A stretch of 64,000 nucleotides of DNA, taken from positions 34,596,001 to 34,660,000 of the forward strand of contig OX597821.1 in NCBI GenBank assembly GCA_951406725.2, read 5' to 3'. This DNA comes from Octopus vulgaris (Eukaryota). Below the pieces are notes generated by a model that saw only the letters and a program-made list of their open reading frames with translations, had not been told where the DNA came from and did no database searches. Positions within the stretch are counted from its first letter, which is position 1, and every line of letters begins with the position of its first letter. The translations under genes were made by a program, and so were the position numbers. Below, in pieces: positions 12,673-25,274 of this stretch.

Positions 12673-12853
12673 GTAACTTCTGCTGATTAGTAGTAATAAT
12701 TATATATATACACATACTTAGTGTATGAGAATCATACAAAATTTTTCTGAATGATGTAATTCCTAGTTTTCAAGGGAAAATACTAATCTCTCTTACTGTG
12801 CGTATTTTTCCATGGAATCCCTCTCTCTCTCTTTTTCTCGCTCTCTCTCTTTC

Positions 12854-12888
<35 letters not shown>

Positions 12889-13646
12889 TCCTCTCTCCCC
12901 TTCAGCTTTTCTGTTCAATTGCCAACTTTTATTCATTATCTCATTTTTGTTCTGTTTTCTTCCGCCTGTTCTAGAAATTTGCTGAACTTTGAACAAATAC
13001 TTCAAATAGTAGAAAATTTAGCGCTGTGGGGGTTATTCTAATATGTCCGTGTGTGTTTGTAATGTGTAGTTGCTTGTGCAACATGTCTTTATGTGCCTAT
13101 ATATATATGTATGCTTGCATACTTGTGTATGTCAGGATGATTGTGTGTCTATGTGTGCATGTTTGTCTGCCTCATTCTTTGTGTGTATATGTGTGCATTG
13201 TATATTCTTATATGTGTATGTGTGTGTGTGTGTGTTGCTATGCATTGAAGTTGTTAAGTCAATCTCAGCTGACAACTAAATTTGATTTCCTTGTGCTGCA
13301 TTCCATGCAAGAAGTCAGACTGAATTGACATTAAAAAACACAGATAATAGATTAAAAAACAAAAAAAAGAAAGGTCTAAAAATAAAATAAAATTTACTCA
13401 CACACATACACAAATGAATTTAACAAGAAACAAAAAAATTCTTACTGAATTTGAGAGTTGTCTTGAGGCTGGCTATTTTCACTTTGCTGGCTTACAGTTT
13501 CTGTTCATTGGACTGTGTGATAACATTTAAAACTTACATTTTCTAAGTAGAACAATATGTACCTAGAAAGGTTTTAATGAAGAAACAATCAAGTTAAACT
13601 ATTTAATTCAGAGAGCCCTAAAAGTTTAACAAGAAATAATATTGTT

Positions 13647-14184
13647 ACTTAGCGGTTCGGCAAAAGAGACCGATAGAATAAGTACTGGGCATACAAAGAA
13701 TAAGTCCCGGGGTCGAGTTGCTCGACTAAAGGCGGTGCTCCAGCATGGCCGCAGTCAAATGACTGAAACAAGTAAAAGAGTAAAAGAGAGTATTATAGGT
13801 GCAGGAGTGGCTGTGTGGTAAGTAGCTTGCTAACCAACCACATGGTTCCAGGTTCAGTCCCACTGCATGGCATCTTGGGCAAGTGTCTTCTGCTATAGCC
13901 TCGGACCGACCAATGCCTTGTGAGTGGATTTGGTAGACGGAAACTGAAAAGAAGCCTGTCGTATATATGCGTGTGTGTTTGTGTCTGTGTTTGTCCCTCT
14001 AGCATTGCTTGACAACCGATGCTGGTGTGTTTACGTCCTCGTCACTTAGCGGTTCGGCAAAAGAGAACGATAGAATAAGTACTGGGCTTACAAAGAATAA
14101 GTTCCGGGGTCGATTTGCTTGACTAAAGGTGGTGCTCTAGCATGGCTGCAGTCAAATGACTGAAACAAGTAAAAGAGTAAAGAG
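13647..14184 (+). mobile_element. Two tandem SINE A copies (5'-truncated 13647-13790; full 13798-14184)
   Basis: Two (TAAAAGAG) tails; second copy has the tRNA-like head. Confidence 0.9.
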
Positions 14185-15585
14185 TATTTTTTTCCTTCTT
14201 CTCATACCATCCTGACTGGGTTTAAATAAATGTAATCCTTGACATTACTATGAATTACTACAAAAAGAAACATTTTGATACCTTGTTTGTAAAATTTGGA
14301 TGAATACTCAGGAAATATGACAATTTGAATGGTCACCAAGTCGGTCAAATTTTTGCCTAATTGGCTTAAATGAATATATAATTAACCATATTTGTGATGA
14401 CATATCCTTGAAATTGAAGTGGTAATTATCTACAAATTACACAAATTAGTAGTGTCCATGAGATAGCAGTTGCATTTTTTTGCAAAATGAAACATTTTTC
14501 TTTTTTCTTTTGTAGTTTTCAAAAATATCTATGTAAAGACTATTTTGTCGCATGTCACAAGCAGTCGATTTTGCAGTGTTTCCAGACCCATCTAAGTCCA
14601 AAATTACAAGCCACAGAGACTTGAATTTTGGCACATTTGCAATAGGTATAGGGCTAGATAAATACTGAGATTTTGGGACATGATACCATTTCAATAAAAT
14701 TTTAATAGACTATTAAATGGCTGAGTTTAGGATCAGGGTTCTCACATAAGATGGATTTTCTCCATTTTGATGGGGATTGTTCCAGTTCTTTTTCACCATG
14801 ACCTTGGAAATGATGGTGAGAAGCTTTTAATGAAACAAAATTTTGGAAAATCTATGATTTTTTTTTCAACTCCACCTCCTTTTTATCTCCTTCTGGACCG
14901 ATTTTGGCTATTTTTTTTTGCACTATACACTCAAAGACAATGTGAGAAACCTTTTCAGTTAAAAAAAAAAAGGTAATAATTTCAGACAAAAAGGTGTGTG
15001 ATTTAAGAGAGAGTTAGTTGTTGTTTCTAGCATATCCCACGACCACTTGGTACCTTTCTCACTATTGCATGTGGACATAGATTAAAAAACAAAATCTGCA
15101 AGCTAATTCCTTATTTCAAACATTAAAAACATAAATTAAGCACATTAAAAATATTTGTTGCTTACAACAAATTCATTGGTAAAAGAGAGAGAAAAAACAA
15201 CCCCAAAAAGAATCGGCACTGCTTGTGAAAATGTAAACACCACCATAAATTATCAGCTATATTCAAGATAAGAAAAAAGAAACAAAAAACATCACTTTGG
15301 ACTCTGGTAGTCTTCAAAATAATATTCATTGCACAATATAATTGCAAAATTTGACCTATATTTCTCAAAGAAAAATGAATTTTTAATTTTTTTTTTTACA
15401 CATACAATATCTGTTTGGTAAAATTCAGATGTCACTCTCCACATGTTAAAACAGCAAGAAGGAATAAGCAGCATATTATTTGATCCAACTGCCAGAGTTG
15501 ACCAAGTCTATGATCGGTCATATTTAACTGCATGTAACCCACTGACAATATATATATGACCCACTGACTATATATACATATATAT

Positions 15586-15963
15586 CATCATCATCGTTTA
15601 GCGTCCGCTTTCCATGCTAGTATAGGTTGGACGGTGCAACTGGGGTCTGGGAAGCCAGAAGGCTGCACCAGGCCCAGTCTGATCTGGCAATGTCTCTACG
15701 GCTGGATGCCCTTCCTAACGCCCCTAACGCCAACCACTCCGTGAGTGTAGCGGGTGCTTTTTACATGCCACCGGCACATGTGCCAGACGAGGCTGGCAAG
15801 CGGCCATGATCAGATGGTGCTTTTTACGTGCCACCGGCACGGAGGCCCGTCGGGGCGGCACTGGCAACGGCCATATTCGGACAGTTCTCTTACATGCCAC
15901 CGGCACTGGTATCACAGCTACAATTTCCATTGATGTTGATCGATTTCGATTTTGATTCTGATT

Positions 15964-15968
<5 letters not shown>
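15586..15968 (-). mobile_element. Family C, long copy
   Basis: (CAT)n tail, three tandem units, upstream (GATTT)-type repeat segment. Confidence 0.88.
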
Positions 15969-15996
<28 letters not shown>

Positions 15997-16061
15997 CATA
16001 TTGTTTACAGTATATCGCTGGCAGAAGTGGATCTTAGCTATCACTCCATTGCGCATGTGCG

Positions 16062-16108
16062 CACGGCTGATGAAGATCCAACTAGCTCGAAACTGGGCCG
16101 GTTCCATG
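16062..16108 (+). ncRNA. Type I hammerhead ribozyme-like motif
   Basis: CACGG-CTGATGA-AGATCCAACTAGCTC-GAA-ACTG(GGC)CGGT-T-CCATG: intact core boxes, stem III, stem I with one mismatch; weak stem II. Confidence 0.6.
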
Positions 16109-16336
16109 ATCCTGTTAGTTGATGGAGGTTAGTAGGGATTCATTCCCCCAGCTAGCAATATATTCTATATAAAAGATGCAGAACGTTGCATCGCAAACCA
16201 GCTGGCGTAGAATCTGCCTGGGGTTAAACTAGTAGTGACAGTCACCTGCCACTCTGATGTAGCAACTTGCTCTACTATATATATACATATAATCAAAATA
16301 GGAGATTGTAAAAAGATTTTGGTATTATATATTCAT

Positions 16337-16433
16337 CATTACATGTGTTTCATTTGCAAATCGAAATTACAAAATTATACATTATACATGTAGGAGAAAC
16401 GTGAGACATCTCCTATTAGAAATTCTTCAGACA
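16337..16433 (-). ncRNA. Minimal type I hammerhead-like motif (Penelope type)
   Basis: Minus strand CTGAAGA-ATTT...AAAT-GAAAC-ACAT-GTA; weak stem I. Confidence 0.5.
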
Positions 16434-16540
16434 GAGCCAAATAATACAAAACAGCATCTACATGTGACTCTGGAGTACTAAAATAAGCTCATGTGCTTCA
16501 AGAGGACAGTTTGGATTTTTACGCTGTTTACATAATGTGT

Positions 16541-16960
16541 ATCATCATTGTTTAATGTTCGCTTTCCATGCTAGCATGGGTTGGACAATTTTGACTGAGG
16601 GCTGGCAAACCAGATGGCTGCACCAGGCTCCAATCTTGATTTGGCAGAGTTTCTACAGCTGGATGCCCTTCCTAACGCCAACTACTCCAAGAGTGTAGTG
16701 GGTGCTTTTTACGTGCTACCAGCACTGGGACCAGTCAGGTGGTACTAGCAATGACCTCGCTCGAATCCTTTTACACATGCCCCCAGCACAGGTGCCAGTA
16801 AGGTAACTTTGGTAACGATCACGCTCGAATGGTGCCCTTTTACGTGCCACTGGCATGGAAGCCAGTTGGCTGCTCTGGCAACAATCACACTCGGATGGTG
16901 CTCTTGGCACCCTACTAGCACTGGCACAAGTGCCAGTAAGACAACACTGGTAATGATCTG
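16541..16960 (-). mobile_element. Family C with four ~65-bp tandem units
   Basis: (CAT)n tail, palindrome, units colinear with 32094-32622. Confidence 0.88.
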
Positions 16961-18419
16961 GTATATATATATATATATATATATCATTCAGGAATCATCA
17001 ATTATGTGAGTCTTCTTTTTTTTTATACTAAAAGATGCCTTAGTTGAAGTTGATATAAGCAATGGAAAGCCATCTCAAAGAAGTGTCCTAGCATGGCCAC
17101 AATGTGGAGACTAAAACCAGTAAAATCAACAAATGAATATCATAACTAAACTGTGACAATATCATCAATAAAGCTGCCCATGTAAATATTTGAATTTGTA
17201 GAAGCAGTCGACCTACACAAGTGTTTGTTTAAGTGTGTGGGAGGAGAGAGAGAGCAAACATTTGTAAAAAACGTTTTCTGAAAAAGAAAACATGGAAACC
17301 AACATAAAAAAAAAAAAAAGGGAGAAAGTAGATGAGTGAGGGAGATGGAGCAAGGATGTTATGAAAATTGCTTTAATCTCTCTAGTGAATCACTCGTCAC
17401 TCGAGGCCTTCTCATGCATGCAGTTTTAATATGTTCAGGTCTTTAAATACCAATCCCCTCCCCCCCCCCCACTCCTTGCTACTCTTCGCACACTTGTTGA
17501 AAAAAATTTGAATTTTCAAGATTACATGCACGTGTGTGCGTGTTTGTGCACACATATATATATGTGTGTATGTATACCTGTATTAGTGTTGTAATTCAAG
17601 ACCCATCGATTTGATGGAAGAGGGACCACCTTTTTTTTTTTAGATATTTAATTTAGTAAAATATATTTTAATTTTCTTTTCGTTCTATTCTCTTCCCCCC
17701 CATGGTAGCTTTACACAAAATAACCATTGGGATCTAAATTGTTTTTAAATAATTTTGTGAAAAGCCAAACGGAAAAAGAAAAATTTAAACAGATTTCAAG
17801 CTTTGGAGTGAATATTGAAATTATATGCAAGTTTCTGGGGTTTTATTTGTCTCTTTCTTTTTTGTTTTTCTTTTTTTTTTTTTTTTTTTAGTAAAAAAAA
17901 GATTTTACAATTTTTGAAATTCCAATTTATTTCCATTATTGATTTCTGCTTATTAAATCTCTTCCGATTTCGTTAAATGTCTAATAAAACATTGGGAGTT
18001 ATTTAATAGGCATTTTAATTTGTAGATGGAGGAAGGGTGTAGTTGGTGGAGAGGGAGGTGTGAGAATTAATTTTGTATTTCATTATTTCTCAGACATTTA
18101 ATTATTTGTTCCAATTGTAATTTTACAATGATTATTTATTGAAATCCTTTTGTTTGAGCCCTGCAAGAGTGGCTTCGATGTGGTCACTCAACTTGCTTGA
18201 TATAGCAGCTAAAACCTTTCTCTTCCATCACACAGTACTGTCATAAAGAAAAGAAAAAAGTAAGAGCCTCTTGGCTAATGTTGTCTCATGACTGGAATGC
18301 CAATGGTTATAGATCTACTAATTGAGAGTTGATATTGTGATAATGGTAGATCTATGATTACAGATCTACCAATTGAGAGTTGATAAACGGTATCAACAAT
18401 CCTTTAATAAGTTATATAA

Positions 18420-18915
18420 GGTAAGAAGCTTGCTTCCCAACCACATGATTTAGGGTTCAGTCCCACTGCGTGGCACTTTGGGCAAGTGTCTTCTACTATA
18501 GCTTCTGGCCAACCATAGCCTTGTAAGTGGATTGGGTTGATGGAAACTGAAAGAAGCCTGTCATATATATATATATATATACATAAACGCACGCACACAC
18601 ACAAACACACACACACACACATACCCACACACACACATATATGTACATACACACATGATGATGATGATGTATATCTGTATGTATGTCTTTGCCTGTGTTT
18701 GTGCTCCCCACCATCACTTGATAACTGGTACTGGTGTGTTTATGTCCCCCCCGTCACTTGGCTGTTTGGAAAAAGAGACCAATAGAATAAGCACTAGGCT
18801 TTTAAAAATAAGTACTGGGATCACTTCATTCAACTTAAAATCCTTTAAGTGGTGCCCCAGCATGGCTACATTCTGATGACTGAAATTAGTAAAGAAAAAA
18901 AAGAAAAAGAAAAAA
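18420..18915 (+). mobile_element. SINE family A, older copy
   Basis: B box GGTTCAGTCCC, body and tail recognisable. Confidence 0.85.
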
Positions 18916-19033
18916 ATTAATGTGCTTGAATTTGTGCATTAATACATTGTATATCAGTTGTTTACTTTAGAACATCTGTTGAGACAAGCTGAGTTGTTAT
19001 TTCTAGCGTGTCAAATAGCTAGATCTGTCTTAA

Positions 19034-19266
19034 CCCTTTTCCTGTCCTGTGTAGCACATTATACTCAGAACATATCTCCCTGATGTTCATGCATCATATA
19101 TGATATACGTTCCCAATTTTATTCAACCTCCTGAGTAACTTGAGATTTAAGAAAGGAAAACTGTATATCCGCTTTGAACGTATGAAATATGAGTTAACTA
19201 ATAGTTGGGAAAGAAGCAATGATGCTTAGGACAAACTCAGGAGAACGCTTTTTGGCAGGCAAAGGG
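19034..19266. mobile_element. piggyBac-type MITE family G
   Basis: TTAA|CCCTTTTCCTGTC ... GGCAGGCAAAGGG|TTAA; partial inverted copy at 59400-59533. Confidence 0.8.
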
Positions 19267-19411
19267 TTAAAGAAAAAGGAAGTGTAGTTGCTGATTTACA
19301 AGAACGATGGAATGGTTGTGGCTGGAACCAATCTGGTCATAGGCTATGGCCCTGCTATGGCTGATCTGGGCCTAAACAGAAACGATAAGAAATGCTCTGA
19401 AGATAGGATTC

Positions 19412-19882
19412 AAAGACCCGGCAAATGAAGTGAGTTCATGCTCGCAGGACAGCCTGCTGTGCTAACCTTGGATCGTAGAGTGACCCGCTGTTCTTGAGGA
19501 GACCTGTTGAGTCAAGTTCGTCAACATCAAAAAGTCGAATGGTAATTGTAGTTAAGACACATGTGCTGGTGACACGTAAAAGCACTGTTTGAGCATGGCA
19601 GTTACTAGCGTCGCTTGACTGGCATCCGTGCCGGTGACATGTAAAAGCACCAACCGATCGTGGCCGTTTGCCAGCCTGCTCTGGCTCCTGTGCCAGTTGC
19701 ACGTAAAAAACACCCACTACACTCATGGAGTGGTTGGCATTAGGAAGGGCATCCAGCTGTAGAAACACTGCCAAATCAGACTGGAGACTTGTGCAGCCTC
19801 CATGGCTTACCAGACCCTGGTTGAACCATCCAACCCATGCTAGCATGGAAAACAGACGTTAAATGATGATGATGATAATGAT
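19412..19882 (+). mobile_element. Family C, longest sense copy (probable RTE ORF end plus 3' UTR)
   Basis: Begins AAGACCCGGCAAATGAAGTGA (KTRQMK*), then tandem units, palindrome and (GAT)n. Confidence 0.8.
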
Positions 19883-19894
19883 AGGTAAGGTAAT

Positions 19895-20203
19895 GACTCC
19901 CTTCGGTCATGAATGATCATGGGATTGTACCTAGGCACAAATCCAGGCAAGGTTGCTTATGGAAGACTAGCAGTCGCCCATGCATATCAGTCTCTCCTCT
20001 CCAAACCACTAATGTTATGTGTGGGAAATGCAAAGGCTAATACAGCTTAGCGCCAATGATGTTGCAACCTATTTCTAAAGATGAGTGAACTAGAGAGATG
20101 TGGAATAAAGTGCCTTGTTCAAGAACCCAATGCACACTCTGGTCTGGGAATCAAACTCACTGCCTCATGATTGCGAACCCGATGCTCTAACCATGTGCCT
20201 TCA
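19895..20203 (-). mobile_element. SINE family L
   Basis: Reverse complement similarity to 11163-11420. Confidence 0.72.
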
Positions 20204-20370
20204 CAGGATAAGCTGCATTTTAATCTGTGTGAAATTTAGTGAGTCTAAGAATAGAGATTGTGTGGGAGACCTTGTCAGAAAGAGACGGTAATCAGTTCTC
20301 CTACATTCTAAAAGCAGGCAGATGGCAGAATTGGTAGAATAAATGCCTTGTGGTATTTAGTTATATCCAT

Positions 20371-20604
20371 TAAGGCAGCGAGCTGGCAGAAATGTTAGCA
20401 TGCCGGGCGAAATGCATAGCCGTATTTCGTCTGCCGTTACGTTCTGCGTTCAAATTCCACTGAGGTCGACTTTGCCTTTCATCCTTTTGGGGTTGATAAA
20501 TTAAGTAGCAGTAATGCACTGGGGTCGATGTAATCGACTTAATACCTATGTCTGTCCTTGTTTGTCTCCTCTATGTTTAGCCCCTTGTGAGTAATAAAGA
20601 AATA
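20371..20604 (+). mobile_element. SINE family B nested in an older B copy
   Basis: TSD GGTATTTAGTTATATC at 20352 and 20605; flanks 20314-20770 are a decayed B. Confidence 0.92.
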
Positions 20605-21564
20605 GGTATTTAGTTATATCGATTTATGTTTTAAATTTAAATCCCCCCCACCACCACCAGGTGGAATATAAACACAAATCAGACTTTGCTTTTCATTCCA
20701 ATGTACTTGGGGTTGATATAATTGACTCTCTACTCATTACTGAAATATGTGGTGGTGTTTATATTAGATTTAATTAACTGTCTCACTTTATGATATAGTT
20801 TCTAGCCAGCAATGGACTGTGCGAAAATATCTGCAATTTTAAGTTGTTAGAAAGTTATTAAAACACACCTCCGTAGTGCTAAAAGCTTTTGAAAATTATC
20901 TTCCAGGTTGGCCCTGTCTGAATTAGAATGTTGAAAACCTCTATTAACCACACTATGATCAATATTGCTGTTATGTATATTCTTTGTCTCGAAAACAAAA
21001 AAATCTTGCAACGAACCACAATGCTTTAAACACTTGACAATTATTTGTTGTAAAGCTTCAAACACATTGCTGTCATCTGGCTAATCAATATCGACCATTA
21101 GCATGATTAACTATCAGCCCGATTCATAATTACTGCCATTATCATTGCTAAACAATTCTATCAACTTGTTTTCTGTATATCCTGTTCTGAAACTGTTGCC
21201 ACCATCCACCACCACCCTGTCACCTGATGCTAATGATGAGGGCAATTACATGGGTTTTTTTTTTCTTTTCTTTTTTTCTGCTTTTACAATTTGGACAAAG
21301 GTGGTGAGTTGGCACTGTTACTCTTCCATGAGGTTGATAACAACAGCATAGTGTCAGTTACTTTTCAACACTTGTATCTTGTTAGGTTTGAAAAGCAAAG
21401 CGAGATACATGTGTTTCATGAAAGGAGAGAAATAAAAGGAAGTGCTTGAATGTAAAACTTTAGAAAGAAATCTGACTCTGGGAAAGCAAGTCTGCTGCTT
21501 TTATTGTGGATCTGCATGGCTCATACTGGAAGCTTTGTAAAAGGGTGAGGAAAAACAGTGTTGG

Positions 21565-21945
21565 CCATGGTTGTACAGTAAGAAGTTTGCTTCCCAACCA
21601 CATGGTTCTGGGTTCAGTCCCACTGTGCAGCACTTTAGGCAAGTGTGTTGTCTATTATTGCATGGGACTGACCACAGCCTTATGAGTAGATGTCTTAGAT
21701 GTAAACTGAAAGAAGCTTGTGTGTGTGTGTGTGTTTGTCTTCTACCACTGCCTGACAACTGATGTTGGTTTGATTATGTCACCATACCTTAGTGGTTTTG
21801 CAAAAAAAAAGGCCAGTTGATTAGGTACTGAGCTTAGACAAATAAATCCTGGAGTTATAACCCCTCGAAATAAGTCCTGGGGTTATAAACCCTTCAAGGC
21901 AGTGCTCTAGTGTGGCCACAGTCCAATGTCTGAAACAAGTAATAA
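21565..21945 (+). mobile_element. SINE family A, degenerate
   Basis: Head, body and tail motifs; internal 28-bp duplication near 21841-21896. Confidence 0.8.
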
Positions 21946-21998
21946 TTAAAGTAATGATGATGACAATACAAGGTGGTCCTCATAACAACACTCTAGAT

Positions 21999-22701
21999 CA
22001 GGCCTGGCCAACTCGAATTACATTGCGGGCCACTTTAATCACAGAAAAGTTTTTGAGGGATGCTTGTATACTGACAGAGTGGAGGCGCAATGGCCCAGTG
22101 GTTAGGGCAGCGGACTCGCGGCCATAGGATCGCGGTTTCAATTCCCAGACCGGGCGTTGTGAGTGTTTATTGAGCAAAAACACCTAAAAGCTCCACGAGG
22201 CTCCGGCAGGGATGGTGGTGATCCCTGCTGTACTCTTTCACCGCAACTTTCTCTCACTCTTACTTCCTGTTTCTATTGTACCTGTATTTCAAAGGGCCGG
22301 CCTTGTCACTCTCTGTGTCACGCTGAATATCCCCGAGAACTACGTTAAAGGTACACGTGTCTGTGGAGTGCTCAGCCACTTACACGTTAATTTCACGAGC
22401 AGGCTGTTCCGTTGATTCGGATCAACCGGAACCCTCGTCGTCGTAACTGACGGAGTGCTTCCATACTGACAGAATTAATTGCTTTCTCATGCTTTTGTTA
22501 CAATAATGAATGAATGATTTTTGATTTCAACATCAAATATTACCGTTGCAAAAACAATAGTATCTTTATTTTTTTACTTTTCCTTACAATCTTTAATTTT
22601 TGATAAAATTTTTTAAATGTTTTTCTAAATAGACCCATTTCAAGAAAGCATCAAGTGGGCTGCAAGATAAAAGTCTGAGGGCCTCAGATTGGCCAGCCCT
22701 G
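21999..22701. mobile_element. hAT (Charlie-like) MITE containing a SINE
   Basis: Perfect 8-bp TSD CTCTAGAT (21991-21998, 22702-22709); TIRs CAGGCCTGGCCAA / TTGGCCAGCCCTG. Confidence 0.92.
22079..22462 (+). mobile_element. SINE family J (tRNA-Arg-like head) with tail type 1
   Basis: TGGCCCAGTGG A box, GACTCGCGG anticodon-like loop, B-box-like GGTTTCAATTCC; 11-bp TSD ATACTGACAGA. Confidence 0.9.
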
Positions 22702-22812
22702 CTCTAGATAGGGCTTGATTTCATTGAGTTTATACTTCCACTTAATCAGCCTCTCAATAAAAATCCTAAAATAAATAAATCAAAAGAGATGGCTTAATGC
22801 TGGTTCTGTTAA

Positions 22813-23032
22813 CCCTTTCGTTACCAACCCAGCTGAAACCGGCTCTGGCTCTGAGTACAAATGTCTTGTTTTCATAAGTTCTGAATTAAAATCTTCCACC
22901 AGACCTTAGTCACAATTTATATTCCTAACACTAGCTGAATGGTAACTATGTTATTTTACTAAATCCTTTGTTATATTTAAAGTTATTGAAAGAAACACAG
23001 AACATCTCAAAATAAATACAGTAACGAAAGGG
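22813..23032. mobile_element. piggyBac-type MITE family F, intact
   Basis: TTAA|CCCTTTCGTTAC ... GTAACGAAAGGG|TTAA; perfect 12-bp TIR. Confidence 0.93.
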
Positions 23033-23880
23033 TTAAATATTTACTAATATTCATTTATTTTTTCAAATTAATCCAGAGAAGGCGTGGCAGAGCTTGTGAC
23101 CTTTGTAGACGCTTCCATACTGGTGGAATTGATCCAGCTTGATGTACACTGTCTGATCTGAACCTCTGTAGATCAGCAGTAGCAAGAAAGGAACTGGAGG
23201 TCTATGTAGATGTAATTCTAACAATAGGGAACTGTGTTAAAGGCACCCAGCAACCAGGAGATGATAGTAGGGATGTTAAATTGAGTGTGGTAGTTTGCGG
23301 TTTGTTGAAGTTTACTGACATTTTCAAAATAAGCAAAATATATTTTGAATCTCTTCATAAAGGAGATTGTCCCTAGTGGCAGTGATGTTTGATTCCAGGT
23401 CTTTGTGTGTGTGTGTTAAAGGAGGATTATGTTGCTATTTCTAGCTACTCGAACAGCCATATAGCAGCTCTTTTGTTAACTGAAATTCCCTGATTTTTAC
23501 CAGTGGGCAAGTAGTGAAGAAAAATCCATTTGGTTTTTTGGGGAAGATAGAATGTAAAGATATGTTGTTTCAATTTCAATTTAGAAGAATGAAAACATGG
23601 CTGGTTGGCTTCAGGATATATTTCACAATCATTAATTAGGAAATGTGGAGGAAGAAGGAGGAGGATTATAACAATGTATGACAGCAACAACAACAACAAT
23701 AGCAGCAGGATACAGAGTTTTTAGCCAAGTAGTTCAAGGTCACGCATAGAAATGTATAGTTTATTGAAATGAGCCTCACTGTATAACTGGGACATATTTC
23801 ATCAATCCTAGCAGAATGAAAGTCAATTGAATTAGGGTTTTGAACACGGAAAATCAAAGCTGAATAAATATAATGTGAGG

Positions 23881-24363
23881 TAGCGTTTCTCAACTGGGCT
23901 TCCCCAGGACCTTAGGGTTCTGCAAAAGCTTCCTAGGGGTTCCGTGAGAAAGAGCAAGATAAGCTAATGCTAATTTCATAATCATAATATTACTGTACAT
24001 GCACAACATATTTTGGTTATTGTAATATTGTAATATAGACATCATCCTATCTAACCTATTATGTTACCCCCAAAATATAACAACCATTGGGGATATATTT
24101 AGAGATGTCTGTAATTTATGGGCACCCTATATATAAAATATATATATATATATTTTTTATTTTATCTAGTTTCAGCTTGTGAGCTGTGGCCATGTTGGGG
24201 CACCGCCATTCAAAAATAAAAGAGTAAAAGAGTATATATGCACAACATATTTTGGTTATTGTAATATTGTAATATAGACATCATCCTATCTAACCTATTA
24301 TGTTACCCCCAAAAATATAACAACCATTGGGGATATATTTAGTGATGTCTGTAATTTATGGGC

Positions 24364-24405
<42 letters not shown>

Positions 24406-24526
24406 ATTTATCATGTGAATTACAATGAAAGAAATATGAGAAAGATATGGTATATAATTTTTTTTTTGTGCAGAGGTTCCTTGAGACAATTTATTTTAAG
24501 TGTTATGCAAGGGTTGAGAAGCATTG
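23881..24526. mobile_element. hAT-like MITE with an internal ~135-bp duplication
   Basis: Ends TAGCGTTTCTCAAC / GTTGAGAAGCATTG; subterminal GGGTTC motifs; TSD degenerate. Confidence 0.65.
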
Positions 24527-24874
24527 GAGTAAGGTATGTGACTCTGACACATTGTTGATTCTGCCATTCCAGTGACTCTGGGTTTTTAGGGAAAAACTAT
24601 TTGTAGGAGAATTAAAATATATGTTTACATACTTAATGTGGGGACCTCAGTAATTTTAATAAATGAGATAGATATTGCTGAGCAATGTTTAACTTAATAA
24701 TAATTATGGTGAGACAATGCAGAAGCAAAAGTCACAATAAAATAAAACAAAAGAAATGGTTTGAAACACCAGTTGTTTCACTATAACTGGAAATTGGTGA
24801 GGAAAAGAATAGTAATCTTTAGTAGACATAACATCAAACATGTTTCACTCTTAGTAGACCTCCTCACATCTAAT

Positions 24875-25274
24875 GGATCTTTTCGGTTTGAATGGCAGTT
24901 TTTTCTAGCGGTGTCATAATTATGACCCTAGAATCGATCTATTGCATTTCAATCTGTTTTAGGGTTAGTGTTAGGGGTGGCGGAAGGGTATCTTTTTTTC
25001 TTCACAAATGTAAATAAACCTAATCTGTTTCTTAAACGAGGGACATATTCATACGGCACAGAATGCTTTTTAACTCAATAGACGTCACTGATTGGTTGAA
25101 ATTGCAGAAATTGAAGAAAAAACAACAACAAATATCTTACAAACTATAGAATTTTCTCAATAAAGCCAAGAGAAAAAGATGTTTTATAAACACATTCTAC
25201 CAGTATACGAAGGTTAAAATTTTTTAGTTACCTAGAAATTATGTTAAAAACTGCCGTTCAAACCAAAAAGATCC
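24875..25274. mobile_element. MITE family I, opposite orientation
   Basis: Same TIR; TSD CATCTAAT/TATCTAAT. Confidence 0.92.

Noticed and set aside
14280-14990. Old non-autonomous DNA transposon or Helentron
   Set aside because: Only scattered AAATTTGG-like motifs; no termini or second copy seen
18303-18385. 32-bp direct repeat as a regulatory site
   Set aside because: A simple local duplication in a decayed repeat; similar small duplications occur at 21841, 50055 and 63784
23080-23280. Zinc-knuckle (gag-like) LINE ORF1 remnant on the minus strand
   Set aside because: YKGHKLCHA is too short and too degenerate to support a call
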